Origin: an uncultured Dehalococcoidia bacterium
Lineage (GTDB): Bacteria; Chloroflexota; Dehalococcoidia; Lucifugimonadales; CAZDRU01
DNA length: 64,000 nt
Direction: 5' to 3'
Assembly (NCBI GenBank): GCA_964508175.1
Contig: CAZDRU010000023.1
Span: 3,451 to 67,450, forward strand
A model generated the notes under the pieces. It was not told the origin of the DNA, did not search any database, and saw only the letters and a program-made list of their open reading frames with translations. Shown one piece after another: positions 26,028-35,635 of the stretch. Each line of letters begins with the position of its first letter. Within the stretch, counting starts at the first letter, position 1. The translations under genes were made by a program, and so were the position numbers.

Positions 26028-27878
26028 GTGATACGAAAGTCTAAAAGAGTACTAATAGATAATAATCCAGGAAGAAATGCTCAGACATTTGGCATTGCTA
26101 GAGAACTTGGTACAGACATTGATCTTATTCATGAACCTTCTGTTGGAATTGTAGGCAATAAGGGAGATTCACAGTGTTATTTAGGAGTACAGCAAAAAGT
26201 TGAAATTATACAAGAAACACTCCGTCAAAAAATAGGACTTGGTCGTGAACAGATAAAGATGAGATTGATTCAACCAGAGTATACTATTGCAACATCAGAT
26301 GGAATGCGTAATGGTACTAGAGAAATGCGTTATTCATTGATTGGACGTGAAGTTACACACGATTCTCTTTGTGAACATTTAAGTGCTAGTGGATTAGAAG
26401 GGACTATTGCCATTGTTGCTTGTGATAAACCTCCTGTTGGCACATTATCAGCAATACTTGAACATAACAGACCTGCGATCATAATGTCGGATGGAACAAT
26501 TCACCCTGGAATAGATTCAGTAACAAATGAAAAGTTAGACATTATTTCTGGATTTCAAGTTGGTGGGAATGAAGATGAAGATTTGAAAAAAAGAATAGCT
26601 TGTGAAGCATGTCCAGGGTTCGGTAGTTGTGGTGGCATGTTTACATACAACACAATTCAAACTTTTATTGGTGTATTAGGCATGGAGCCTTTGCATATGG
26701 TTTCTCCTCCTTCAGATGATCTTCGTAGAGTACAACAATTTCCTAAAGAACTAGTGGAATATTTAAGCAATCTTATTAAATCACAAATTACTCCACGAGA
26801 TATTGTTAGTAGAGATTCGATAAGAAATGCAATGATTGTTTCTATGGCAATTGGTGGTTCTACCAACGTTTTATTACATGCTCCTGAGATAGCAAGAGCT
26901 GCTGGATATGCTAATTTTTTTGAGGATATTATGTCTCCAGAAGAATTTAATTATCTATCTCAAGATGTAGTTCCTGTTTTAATTGATGCGAGGCCTTTTG
27001 GAAACTATTCAATGGTTGATATAGATGATAAGGGAGGAGTCCAAGTTATAGTGAAAGAATTACTCGAAGCAGGTCTTTTGAATGGAGAAACTTTTACATG
27101 TACTGGAGAAACTCTTGAACAGCAAATTACTCGATTGAATCCGCCTGTTCCTGATGGCACTGTAATTTATACGGTGAAAAAACCATATAAAGATACAGGA
27201 GGATTGAGAATTCTTGGAGGTAATCTTTCATCTGAATATACCGCAGTATTAAAACTTGCGGGAGTTGAAGGTGGATTAGAAAACAATGTTTTTGTCGGCA
27301 AAGCAAGAGTGTTTGATGCGGAGCGTTTTTTGTTAGATGCGTTGGAAAATGAACCTCATATATTTAAAGATCATGATATGGTAATTGTTCGTTACGAAGG
27401 ACCAAGTGGAGCACCTGGAATGCCTGAAATGTTAGATTCAACTTCTCGTATTACAACTTTATGTAGGCAACAGGGAATAGTAGTAGGATTGATGACAGAT
27501 GGTAGATTTTCTGGTGGTTCTGTGGGACTTGTGATTGGGCATGTGGGACCAGAAGCAGCACTAGGTGGCGAAATCGGATTAATAGAAGATGGAGATAAAA
27601 TTATAGTTGATCTCAATACTAATGAAATTAACTGTATTGAACTTTCTGATACTTCAATTTTGAATAAAAGAAAATTAGCATGGGAAAAAACAGTCGAATC
27701 GAATGGTGGTACACATCCTTCTCTTGGAGAAGTAGATACCAGATTACTTAATAGAATGAGATTTTCAGCTGTTTCAGCAAAATTGGGTGGTGGAATGCAT
27801 CCTAACAGACAGTTATGGGTAAGTGAGCCACGTGAACCAGTGAAAACGTCTTTTGTTCCTTCAAATAAATTTCGTTAA
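26028..27878 (+). CDS. IlvD/Edd family dehydratase (dihydroxy-acid or sugar-acid dehydratase)
   Basis: CDKPPVG, CPGFGSCGGMFTYNT, AIGGSTN, RYEGPSGAPGMPEM and TDGRFSGGS motifs. GTG start. Its catabolic context argues against calling it canonical ilvD. Confidence 0.8.
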   Translation: MIRKSKRVLIDNNPGRNAQTFGIARELGTDIDLIHEPSVGIVGNKGDSQCYLGVQQKVEIIQETLRQKIGLGREQIKMRLIQPEYTIATSDGMRNGTREMRYSLIGREVTHDSLCEHLSASGLEGTIAIVACDKPPVGTLSAILEHNRPAIIMSDGTIHPGIDSVTNEKLDIISGFQVGGNEDEDLKKRIACEACPGFGSCGGMFTYNTIQTFIGVLGMEPLHMVSPPSDDLRRVQQFPKELVEYLSNLIKSQITPRDIVSRDSIRNAMIVSMAIGGSTNVLLHAPEIARAAGYANFFEDIMSPEEFNYLSQDVVPVLIDARPFGNYSMVDIDDKGGVQVIVKELLEAGLLNGETFTCTGETLEQQITRLNPPVPDGTVIYTVKKPYKDTGGLRILGGNLSSEYTAVLKLAGVEGGLENNVFVGKARVFDAERFLLDALENEPHIFKDHDMVIVRYEGPSGAPGMPEMLDSTSRITTLCRQQGIVVGLMTDGRFSGGSVGLVIGHVGPEAALGGEIGLIEDGDKIIVDLNTNEINCIELSDTSILNKRKLAWEKTVESNGGTHPSLGEVDTRLLNRMRFSAVSAKLGGGMHPNRQLWVSEPREPVKTSFVPSNKFR

Positions 27879-27920
27879 TACTATCTGCTATTACATTGAT
27901 CAAAATTGTTTTTTCTAAGT

Positions 27921-28706
27921 CTAATTTTTTAATAGTGCATTTTTGATTGCTTTAACAACTTTTGGTACGCCTAATTTTGGATCTTCATTTTCTTCAAATT
28001 CTATATTTAAATAACCTTTGTAATCAGAATTTTTTAATATTTTTACAACTTTATTTATATCAACAGGTATATGTCCATTCAATGTTTTCATTGAGACTTT
28101 GTGATGAGCTGTTACTGCTAAATGTGCTACTCGTTTCATCGATTCATATGGGTCTACATTAGGATCTAATCCATAATTTCCTGTGTCTAGATTAACTCGG
28201 AGCCATTTTGAGTTAACGGCTTCGATTAGTTGGATTACTTGGCTAGAAGTTCTTGTTATTCCACCATGATTTTCCAAGGCCATTATGACTCCATGCTTCG
28301 CAGCAAATGGCACACATTCTTTTAGCGATGCAACAGCCCACTCAAATGCTTGTTGATCTGTATATCCGTCCGGCGTTATTCCCGCGAATACTCTTAGTTC
28401 AGGTGCTCCAAGAATCATCGCATAACGAAGCCATTTTTTTACTAGCTTTATTTGTTCTTGACGTTCATTTTTATCAGCTAAAGTCAATTTACTGCGTATT
28501 GCTGCTCCAGATATATCAATGCCTTTTTTAAAACAATACTGTTTGATTTCATTTAAGTAATTTAGCTTAGTTGAAGGGAAGTAATAAGAAGTTAATTCAA
28601 CTCCGTCGACTTCAATTTCTACTGCTGTATCAATAAATTCTTTCAAATTCATTTTTCCTGATAATAAATATTGTCGATATGAGTAAGCGCAACAACCTAT
28701 TTTCAT
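27921..28706 (-). CDS. xylose-isomerase-like TIM-barrel protein
   Basis: LENHGG, NLDTGN and NIEFE motifs. I chose the start at 28706 (MKIGCCAYSY) because the ORF-track start at 28757 would overlap the upstream SDR by 32 nt. Confidence 0.75.
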   Translation of the reverse strand: MKIGCCAYSYRQYLLSGKMNLKEFIDTAVEIEVDGVELTSYYFPSTKLNYLNEIKQYCFKKGIDISGAAIRSKLTLADKNERQEQIKLVKKWLRYAMILGAPELRVFAGITPDGYTDQQAFEWAVASLKECVPFAAKHGVIMALENHGGITRTSSQVIQLIEAVNSKWLRVNLDTGNYGLDPNVDPYESMKRVAHLAVTAHHKVSMKTLNGHIPVDINKVVKILKNSDYKGYLNIEFEENEDPKLGVPKVVKAIKNALLKN

Positions 28707-28725
28707 ATGCTCTCTCGGTAATTTT

Positions 28726-29520
28726 TTAAAATAAAGATTTTTGCATTCCTCCATCAATGGATATTGTTTGACCAGTTATATATTTTGAACGTTCAGATGC
28801 TAAGAATGTTACTAGATCTGCTATTTCTTCTGGTTGAGCTAGTCTTCCCATAGGCACATTGTTTATCATTTTAGTTATAATCGATTGTGTTGATTCTTGT
28901 TCTTGTTCTGCTTTTTGTTCTATAACGTCGTTTAATCCTTGGGTTGAAGTATATCCTGGAAGAATATTATTGATAGTTATACCGAATGGAGCAAGCTCTA
29001 GCGATAGATTTTTTGATAAACCAGCTAAAGCTATTCGAGATGTTGTTGATAGACTAAAACCGTTCGAAGGTTCTTTGATTTTTGTAGATAATATATTGAT
29101 TATTCGTCCCCAACGTTGTTGTTTCATTGTAGTTAAAGTTTCTTTGATCATGCGTAAACCGCTAAGACAATTTTGGTTAAATGCATCAGCAAATTCAGTA
29201 TCTTCTAGTTGAGATATTGGTTTTACCATAGGGCTTCCTATGTTGTTAACAACGATATCTATTCTTTCAAAAACATGTAATGTTTCATGGACTATTCGTC
29301 TAATATCTTCATAGGTTGAAAGATCTCCCGGTATTGAAAGCACATGATTTTGTGATGATATTTTTACGATATCTATTTCCGTATTACGAAGATTTGCTTC
29401 ATTTCGAGCACATAGGATTACATTTGCTCCTTCTTGTGCTAATCCTAAAGCAATAGCTTTACCTATTCCTTTACTTGCTCCTCCAATAATTGCTGTTCTA
29501 TCTTGTAGCTGTAAATCCAT
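28726..29520 (-). CDS. short-chain dehydrogenase/reductase (SDR)
   Basis: GGASKGIGKA and NNIG motifs, with an SDR-like C-terminus (ITGQTISIDGG). Confidence 0.8.
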   Translation of the reverse strand: MDLQLQDRTAIIGGASKGIGKAIALGLAQEGANVILCARNEANLRNTEIDIVKISSQNHVLSIPGDLSTYEDIRRIVHETLHVFERIDIVVNNIGSPMVKPISQLEDTEFADAFNQNCLSGLRMIKETLTTMKQQRWGRIINILSTKIKEPSNGFSLSTTSRIALAGLSKNLSLELAPFGITINNILPGYTSTQGLNDVIEQKAEQEQESTQSIITKMINNVPMGRLAQPEEIADLVTFLASERSKYITGQTISIDGGMQKSLF

Positions 29521-29597
29521 GTTTTAAAAATCCAGTGATAATAATAAGTCTTTAATGGAATGCTTACAAGTATTTTTATTGATAATACTGTTAATGT

Positions 29598-31109
29598 TCA
29601 TTTATTATCTTCGAATAAAATTTTTATTGATGATTTTGAAATTTTTCCCATAGAGTTTCTTGGAAATTCTTTAACAAATCGTATTTCTTTTGGTGTTTTG
29701 TAGGAGGATATTTGAGTTTTTAGCCATTTTTTAATTTCACCCTGATTCGGGATAATTTTTTCTTTGGGAATTATTGCACATACAATTTTTTCACCCCAAT
29801 AATTATCATTTATTCCAACGATAGCACAGTCTTTAATATGAGGGTGTTCACGCAGAGTATTTTCAATTTCAAGAGCTGATATTTTATATCCTCCTGATTT
29901 TATAATATCTATAGAGTTTCTCCCAAGAATTTTGTAAATGCCGTTTTCTATTATTCCGATATCACCTGTTTTAAACCATTCATTTTCGAAAGATTTAATT
30001 GTTGCTTGTTCATTGTTCCAATATTTTTTGAACACATTTTCACTTTTAACTAGTATTTCTCCTTGTTCATGTTCTTTGCATTTTTCTCCATTATCGTTTT
30101 TAAGCATGACATTTACTTTAGGAAGAGGTATTCCTACATAACCTGGCATTTTTATTCCTTTTAAGGTATTGGACAGTATCATTCCAGTTTCAGTCATTCC
30201 ATATCGTTCAAGTAATTGATGTCCTGTTATTTCATTCCATTTTTCGAATATTTGTTTGGGTAAAGCCGATGATCCTGAAACCATCAATCTAAAATTGTTC
30301 CATATTTTTGATAGAGCTTGTTTTTTATTTGTAGTCAAGTGAATCCAAGAATCACATAGTTTTGTGTAAATTGTAGGAACTGCCATGAAAAGAGTGAAAT
30401 TGCCATGAAGAAATCTTTCCCAAATTAGTTTTTCATCGAATTTTTCAATCATTTCACATTTAGCTTTTGCCCATAGAGCACAAGTGAGAATATTAATGAT
30501 TCCATGAATATGATGTAATGGCAAAATATTTAGTATGAAATCATTTGCTGTCCATTCCCATGCTTCAACCAGAGATTTTACTTGGCTAGTGATGTTTTTA
30601 TGAGAAAGCACTACTCCTTTTGGTTTGCTCGTAGTTCCACTTGTATAAAGAATAATTGCAGGAGCTTCTAAAGAAATATTAGGCAAATTACATTTTGAAT
30701 TAGAAGTTTTAGTATTTTCATCATCAATTATATGTAAGAAAAGGTTTTTTTTATTACATATCGGCGTAAGCAATTTTTTAAATTTTTTAGTTGAGATTAT
30801 ATAATTTGTTTGCGAATTTTCTATAAAATATTCTAATTCAGGTTGTGGATGTAGGGGGGATAGAGGAACTGCGATTCCTCCTGCTCTCCATATTGCCCAT
30901 AGAACTCTTACGTATGTAAAACTTGATGGAATTAAAAAAGCTATTCGGTCTGAATTAAGTGTTTCTCGTCCAGATAAAATTGTTATTGCAGTCGAATAGG
31001 ATTCATTTAGTAGACTTTTGTATGAATAATGTCCAGTAGTGTCTATTATAGCTGTTTTTTCACCTGCTTCGTTAGCTTTTTGAATAATTGGAAGACTATA
31101 TTGAGACAT
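29598..31109 (-). CDS. class I adenylate-forming enzyme (acyl-/malonyl-CoA synthetase-like)
   Basis: AMP-binding core motifs: YTSGTTSKPKGV, YGMTE, TGDIG, GRNSIDIIKSGGYKI. The start codon shares nt 31109 with the upstream stop. Confidence 0.85.
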   Translation of the reverse strand: MSQYSLPIIQKANEAGEKTAIIDTTGHYSYKSLLNESYSTAITILSGRETLNSDRIAFLIPSSFTYVRVLWAIWRAGGIAVPLSPLHPQPELEYFIENSQTNYIISTKKFKKLLTPICNKKNLFLHIIDDENTKTSNSKCNLPNISLEAPAIILYTSGTTSKPKGVVLSHKNITSQVKSLVEAWEWTANDFILNILPLHHIHGIINILTCALWAKAKCEMIEKFDEKLIWERFLHGNFTLFMAVPTIYTKLCDSWIHLTTNKKQALSKIWNNFRLMVSGSSALPKQIFEKWNEITGHQLLERYGMTETGMILSNTLKGIKMPGYVGIPLPKVNVMLKNDNGEKCKEHEQGEILVKSENVFKKYWNNEQATIKSFENEWFKTGDIGIIENGIYKILGRNSIDIIKSGGYKISALEIENTLREHPHIKDCAIVGINDNYWGEKIVCAIIPKEKIIPNQGEIKKWLKTQISSYKTPKEIRFVKEFPRNSMGKISKSSIKILFEDNK

Positions 31110-31705
31110 TAATTGTTATCCTTTTGAGCAATAAGTTGTTTTTGATAGTCTTGAGGAGTATTGATATCAATTAATATTTCAGGATTGTTTATAGGAACTA
31201 AGTTGTTTCTTGTTGTATCTTTTTGTGTAATAGCTTTTAAACCTTTGGTTTTTTCATTGATATTTTGCAATTCTTTTAATATTGATCCAGAAAATATAAC
31301 AGGATGTCCTTTTTTCCCTAGATATGTTGGTATTGTAATCGGAAGTTTTTGATTTAGATGATTTTTAATTAAGTATTTGATTACTTGGGGACTTCTTGGT
31401 TGGTCTACTGATAATATTAACAATGGCAGCGTTGTTTTTGCTTTTTTTAGCCCAGCCAATATCGAAGTTGATTTTCCTTCTAAATAATCAGGATTTTTTA
31501 TTATTATTAGATCAGGATTTTTTTTAATAGTTGTTCTAATTTTTTCGTGTTTATGTCCTATTATTACCAATATAGAGCTAGCACCAGATTGTTTGAGATT
31601 AATAATTTGATTATTGATTAAAGGCATATTTTGCCATTCTAATAAAGCTTTTAATTTTTTCATTCGACTAGATTGTCCAGCTGCTAGTAAAAGTGCTGTG
31701 AACAT
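31109..31705 (-). CDS. MobA-like NTP transferase (molybdenum cofactor cytidylyl/guanylyl-transferase, MocA-like)
   Basis: LLAAGQSSRMKKLKALLEW matches the NTP_transf_3 N-terminal motif. Confidence 0.7.
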   Translation of the reverse strand: MFTALLLAAGQSSRMKKLKALLEWQNMPLINNQIINLKQSGASSILVIIGHKHEKIRTTIKKNPDLIIIKNPDYLEGKSTSILAGLKKAKTTLPLLILSVDQPRSPQVIKYLIKNHLNQKLPITIPTYLGKKGHPVIFSGSILKELQNINEKTKGLKAITQKDTTRNNLVPINNPEILIDINTPQDYQKQLIAQKDNN

Positions 31706-31712
31706 ATTTGAA

Positions 31713-32816
31713 TTACCTTAATAGTAATTTTTTTAAGTAATTTTTATCCATAGATAAAGATTTTCCCGTTGCTTCTTTTTGAATCATTATGATTTCACTC
31801 ATTATACTTACTGCGAGCTCTTCTGGAGTTATAGCTCCTATATCTAGTCCTACAGGACCTTGAATTTTGTATATTTTATCAATTTCAATTTGTTGTTTAA
31901 GTAAATTTCTATAAATCATGAGAGTTTTTCGTTTGCTTCCTAACATGCCTATATATCGAGCATCTGTTTTGATAGCTGCATGTAAGGCCATGTCATCGAA
32001 CTTATGTCCTCTAGTAGCTATAAGAATATAGGAATTGAAATTTACAGGAAGATTTTTAAATGCAGAAGAGAAATCAGAGAGAATAGTTTTTGTATTTTTA
32101 GGGAAACGTTCTGGATTAGTGAATTCTGTTCGATCATCAATTATTGTAATGTCAAATTTGAGTATATTAGCAAGGTTTGCAACTGCTTGTCCTACATGGC
32201 CTCCTCCCATAATTATCATTGTAGGAGTAGTTGTAAATCCTTCAAGGAAAACTTCAATATCTTTATTGATTGCGAAATGAATATTATTTCCTTTTTTAGC
32301 TATAGTAGAACCTAATTCTATTAATTTATTTTTAATTGTTTTGTTAGGGAAAGTCCCTTTTGTTGTTCCATTTGCGCGGATAAGGAATTTTGTTCCTATT
32401 TGTTTTGGAATATTACTTTTAGTTACAGTTCCTATTGTAATTGGCATTACTCCTTGATTTGCAAGGAGAATTTCTTCTATAAATGGTTGAAATTTTTGAG
32501 TTTCAAATATTGGTTCAATTAGAAAATGCATAGTTCCACCACATACAAGTCCATCACGTGCTGCAACGTCTTCGTTAAGAATATATTTTTTGTATGTAGG
32601 TCCTTGTTTTCGTCTTAGGATTTCTTTTGCTGCAAACCATATATCGCCTTCTACACAGCCTCCTCCTAGTGTTCCAATCCCAGAACCGTCAGTTTTTATT
32701 AGTAATTTTGCTCCAGGTTTTTGCGGAACGGAACCTCTGGTTTTTACTACAGTTGCTATAGCAAATTGCCTTCCGTTAGTTAATTCTTTATATGCTTCTT
32801 CTATAACTGTTTTCAT
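31713..32816 (-). CDS. XdhC/CoxI family molybdoenzyme maturation protein
   Basis: XdhC_CoxI N-domain (ATVVKTRGSVPQKPGAKLLI, GTLGGGCVE) plus the XdhC Rossmann domain (MIIMGGGHVGQAV). Confidence 0.75.
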   Translation of the reverse strand: MKTVIEEAYKELTNGRQFAIATVVKTRGSVPQKPGAKLLIKTDGSGIGTLGGGCVEGDIWFAAKEILRRKQGPTYKKYILNEDVAARDGLVCGGTMHFLIEPIFETQKFQPFIEEILLANQGVMPITIGTVTKSNIPKQIGTKFLIRANGTTKGTFPNKTIKNKLIELGSTIAKKGNNIHFAINKDIEVFLEGFTTTPTMIIMGGGHVGQAVANLANILKFDITIIDDRTEFTNPERFPKNTKTILSDFSSAFKNLPVNFNSYILIATRGHKFDDMALHAAIKTDARYIGMLGSKRKTLMIYRNLLKQQIEIDKIYKIQGPVGLDIGAITPEELAVSIMSEIIMIQKEATGKSLSMDKNYLKKLLLR

Positions 32817-32914
32817 CGTTTTTAATTCAGAATATTATTTATGATTAGCATAACAAACGAAAACCGACCAATCAAACTTACTTTGAATAAATAGCTATAT
32901 ATAAATTTACAATT

Positions 32915-35557
32915 TTATTTTGTTCGTTTTAATATAAATAGAAAAATAAAAATTAATACAATTCCAGTTAGAATGATTAAATACGAAGAATATGTTTGAC
33001 TTTCTTGAGATATTAACGAGGATTGTGGTTCTGCATGAAGTATTTCCAATGTTTGTAAAAATTCAATAATTGCAGCTTGGTCTTCGTTTGATAATTGAAT
33101 AAATCTATCACGTGAATCTTTTCCTTCGCCACTATGCATTATGATCGCTTCTGATAATAATGTAGCTCTTCCATGGTGAAGAAAAGGAGGTTCGCTATTT
33201 AAGCCCCATAATTTTTTTGTTAGCCACATTTCTGGTTCTACTCCTAATTCTTGTATTGATGGGATTTGAGTTTGTCGAGCTCTAGGATGTGCTTTAACTT
33301 CTGTTAATATGGTTCCCATGTTATGTCTTTTTAAATCTGTAAATACAGGTATAAGAAATTCCCCTTTATTATTCTTCTTTAATTGAACATGGTTATTTAG
33401 TTTTAATAAATCAATGTCAAAAGTATTAGGAACCATTTCTTCGGAAAGAACTCCTGGTGGATTATATGGATTTGGTTCAGAGAATACTAAACTAGATAAA
33501 GGTAGTTCTGGAATATGACAGTAGTTACATCCAATTTCCGAGAAAAGCTTTTCTCCTTTAATTGCAGCTTTTTGTTCTATATCTGACTTTGGTATTGATT
33601 TACTTGGCATTGGCAAAGTTGCTTGAAATAATGTTAGAGCTGTTATATCTCCTGTCGTTATTTCATTTACCATGCCATCGTTATCTGCATCAATATCAAT
33701 TCCGAACATTTCTGTTGGTTGCATTCCGTGATGAGCGTTGATTGAACGGACTGTAAATTCTCTAAGTGAAACAGCGATTCCTTTCTGATGAAATGGTTTT
33801 ATTATTAAATCTTCATCGATACCTTCGATACGATTTAATTCTAAATAACCATTAGGTTCAGCAGTTATTTCTCCAAAATTTACTCCCTTAGTAATTAATT
33901 TTTTAGTTACAGAAATTTGTTTTTCTTTTGATTCTTTGATTGCATTTTCTTTGATTATATGAAGTTCGTTAGTCATTTCTCTGGCGAGTAATTCAATAAA
34001 TCCAGAACCAAACATTCCAGGAGTATTTCGTTCATTTCCTACGTTTTCTAGAGTATGTTCGAAAAAATCATCACCAGAGGTTTGATCAAAGTTTACAAAG
34101 CCGAATCTGTGTGCAAGAAGAAAAGCGTTAGCAGCATTATCGCCCCCTCCTCCGGAGAAAGGGATAATATGACAACCTGAACATGCATTTGAATCAGGGC
34201 CTGAAATCCGATTGAAATTACTTGGAAATTCTCGCCTTTCTCTTGGAGCTCCATTTCCAGTTGATTCTGGCCTTCCGGCTCCATCTTTTGTATTGAATGC
34301 AGCATTCATAAGATCTTTGCCATGTTTGAATAGATTTTCACATGATATTTTCCCGTTGTTAATATTGTTTTGATCCATGTGTACTGTAATCGATGGACCT
34401 TCTCCATAATCAAGTAATTCTGTGGTGGTATTTTTAGGTGTTCGATCTAAATTTATTGATATTCGGAATATTATATGGCGAAGTTTATCAGTAACTATTA
34501 ATCGATCTTTTTCGTCGATGTCTATACCGGTTGGAGTGGCTGTTCGAACACTTGGTACTGTCAAAATTATTCCTGTTTTTACGTCAATCATTCGGACACG
34601 TTCATTGGCAGTATCTGCGATATAAATATTTCCTTTTGTATCTATATCTACATCCATTGGATTATTTAATGATGCATTAATAGCTAATATTCCATCACCG
34701 TTGAATCCACGTCTTCCGTTACCTGCAATAGTAGTAATTTCTCCAGATTGAGCTGAAATTTTTCTGATTCTATTATTGAATGTATCTGCAATATAAATGT
34801 TGCCTTGACTATCAATAGAAGTTCTTCTAGGTTCATTAAGCTGTGCATTAATTGCTAGTTGATTATCTCCTGAAAAGCCAGCAATACTAGTTCCTGCTAA
34901 ATTAGTTACTTTCCAGGTAGTAGTATTTAATTTTCTGATTTGATCATTATGCCAATCACTTATTAAAACATCATCATTGTTATCAACGGTTATTCCCATA
35001 GGCAAAAAAAATGAAGCGCTCAAAGCAGGGACAGTTGTTGGATTAGGTCCAAAATCACCACTTCCTGCTATTGTTGTCAAAGTTCCTGCTCTTGCATCAA
35101 ATCTTCTAATAACGTTATTAAAATTATCTGCGATATAAATATTCCCTTTTGAATCAACATCAATTCCTTTTGGGTGATTCATTTCAGCAGAAAGAGCGAA
35201 ATTGCCATCGTTTTCTATTCCTATTCCTCCATTTCCAGCAATTGTTGAAATGATGTTGGTATTTTTATCTATTTTACGAATTCGATGGTTATAAGTGTCG
35301 GCGATTAATATATCTCCATTATGATTGATAGCTTCCATTGGATGATCTAGTTTTGCTAATATTGCTTTACCGCCATCACCTGAAAATCCTCTTTCTCCTG
35401 TTCCTGCAATAATTTCTACTTTAGAAGATATAGAAGGAATTTGCAGATCTATTCCTTGTGCGTATAATGCTTTCGATTTATTTGATTCGTTATTCCCGAA
35501 TAAACCTACAATTAGAAAGCTAATCACACCGATCGATAATATTAATAGTATTCGCAT
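32915..35557 (-). CDS. membrane-anchored fusion protein: N-terminal NHL-repeat beta-propeller + C-terminal DUF1111-type di-haem (2x CxxCH) oxidoreductase/peroxidase-like domain
   Basis: 880 aa. N-terminal hydrophobic anchor (ILLILSIGVISFLIVGLF). About 6-7 NHL blades (IADTYNHRIRKI, IADNFNNVIRRF, ISDWHNDQIRKL, IADTFNNRIRKI, IADTANERVRMI). CSGCH at 34169-34183 followed by PFSGGGGD, and CNYCH at 33515-33529. C-terminal TM segment (LIILTGIVLIFIFLFIL). Confidence 0.7.
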   Translation of the reverse strand: MRILLILSIGVISFLIVGLFGNNESNKSKALYAQGIDLQIPSISSKVEIIAGTGERGFSGDGGKAILAKLDHPMEAINHNGDILIADTYNHRIRKIDKNTNIISTIAGNGGIGIENDGNFALSAEMNHPKGIDVDSKGNIYIADNFNNVIRRFDARAGTLTTIAGSGDFGPNPTTVPALSASFFLPMGITVDNNDDVLISDWHNDQIRKLNTTTWKVTNLAGTSIAGFSGDNQLAINAQLNEPRRTSIDSQGNIYIADTFNNRIRKISAQSGEITTIAGNGRRGFNGDGILAINASLNNPMDVDIDTKGNIYIADTANERVRMIDVKTGIILTVPSVRTATPTGIDIDEKDRLIVTDKLRHIIFRISINLDRTPKNTTTELLDYGEGPSITVHMDQNNINNGKISCENLFKHGKDLMNAAFNTKDGAGRPESTGNGAPRERREFPSNFNRISGPDSNACSGCHIIPFSGGGGDNAANAFLLAHRFGFVNFDQTSGDDFFEHTLENVGNERNTPGMFGSGFIELLAREMTNELHIIKENAIKESKEKQISVTKKLITKGVNFGEITAEPNGYLELNRIEGIDEDLIIKPFHQKGIAVSLREFTVRSINAHHGMQPTEMFGIDIDADNDGMVNEITTGDITALTLFQATLPMPSKSIPKSDIEQKAAIKGEKLFSEIGCNYCHIPELPLSSLVFSEPNPYNPPGVLSEEMVPNTFDIDLLKLNNHVQLKKNNKGEFLIPVFTDLKRHNMGTILTEVKAHPRARQTQIPSIQELGVEPEMWLTKKLWGLNSEPPFLHHGRATLLSEAIIMHSGEGKDSRDRFIQLSNEDQAAIIEFLQTLEILHAEPQSSLISQESQTYSSYLIILTGIVLIFIFLFILKRTK

Positions 35558-35635
35558 ATTAAATCTTTTATATCTGTTTGGTATGTATTTATTATATTGA
35601 TATTTTTTATTGTAAGTTATCTATTTTTTGCTAAT

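Noticed and set aside
28707-28757. The N-terminal extension of the TIM-barrel ORF (MMEECKNLYFKKLPREH) given by the ORF track.
   Set aside because: It would overlap the upstream SDR by 32 nt. The internal ATG at 28706 gives the family-typical MKIG..Y start.
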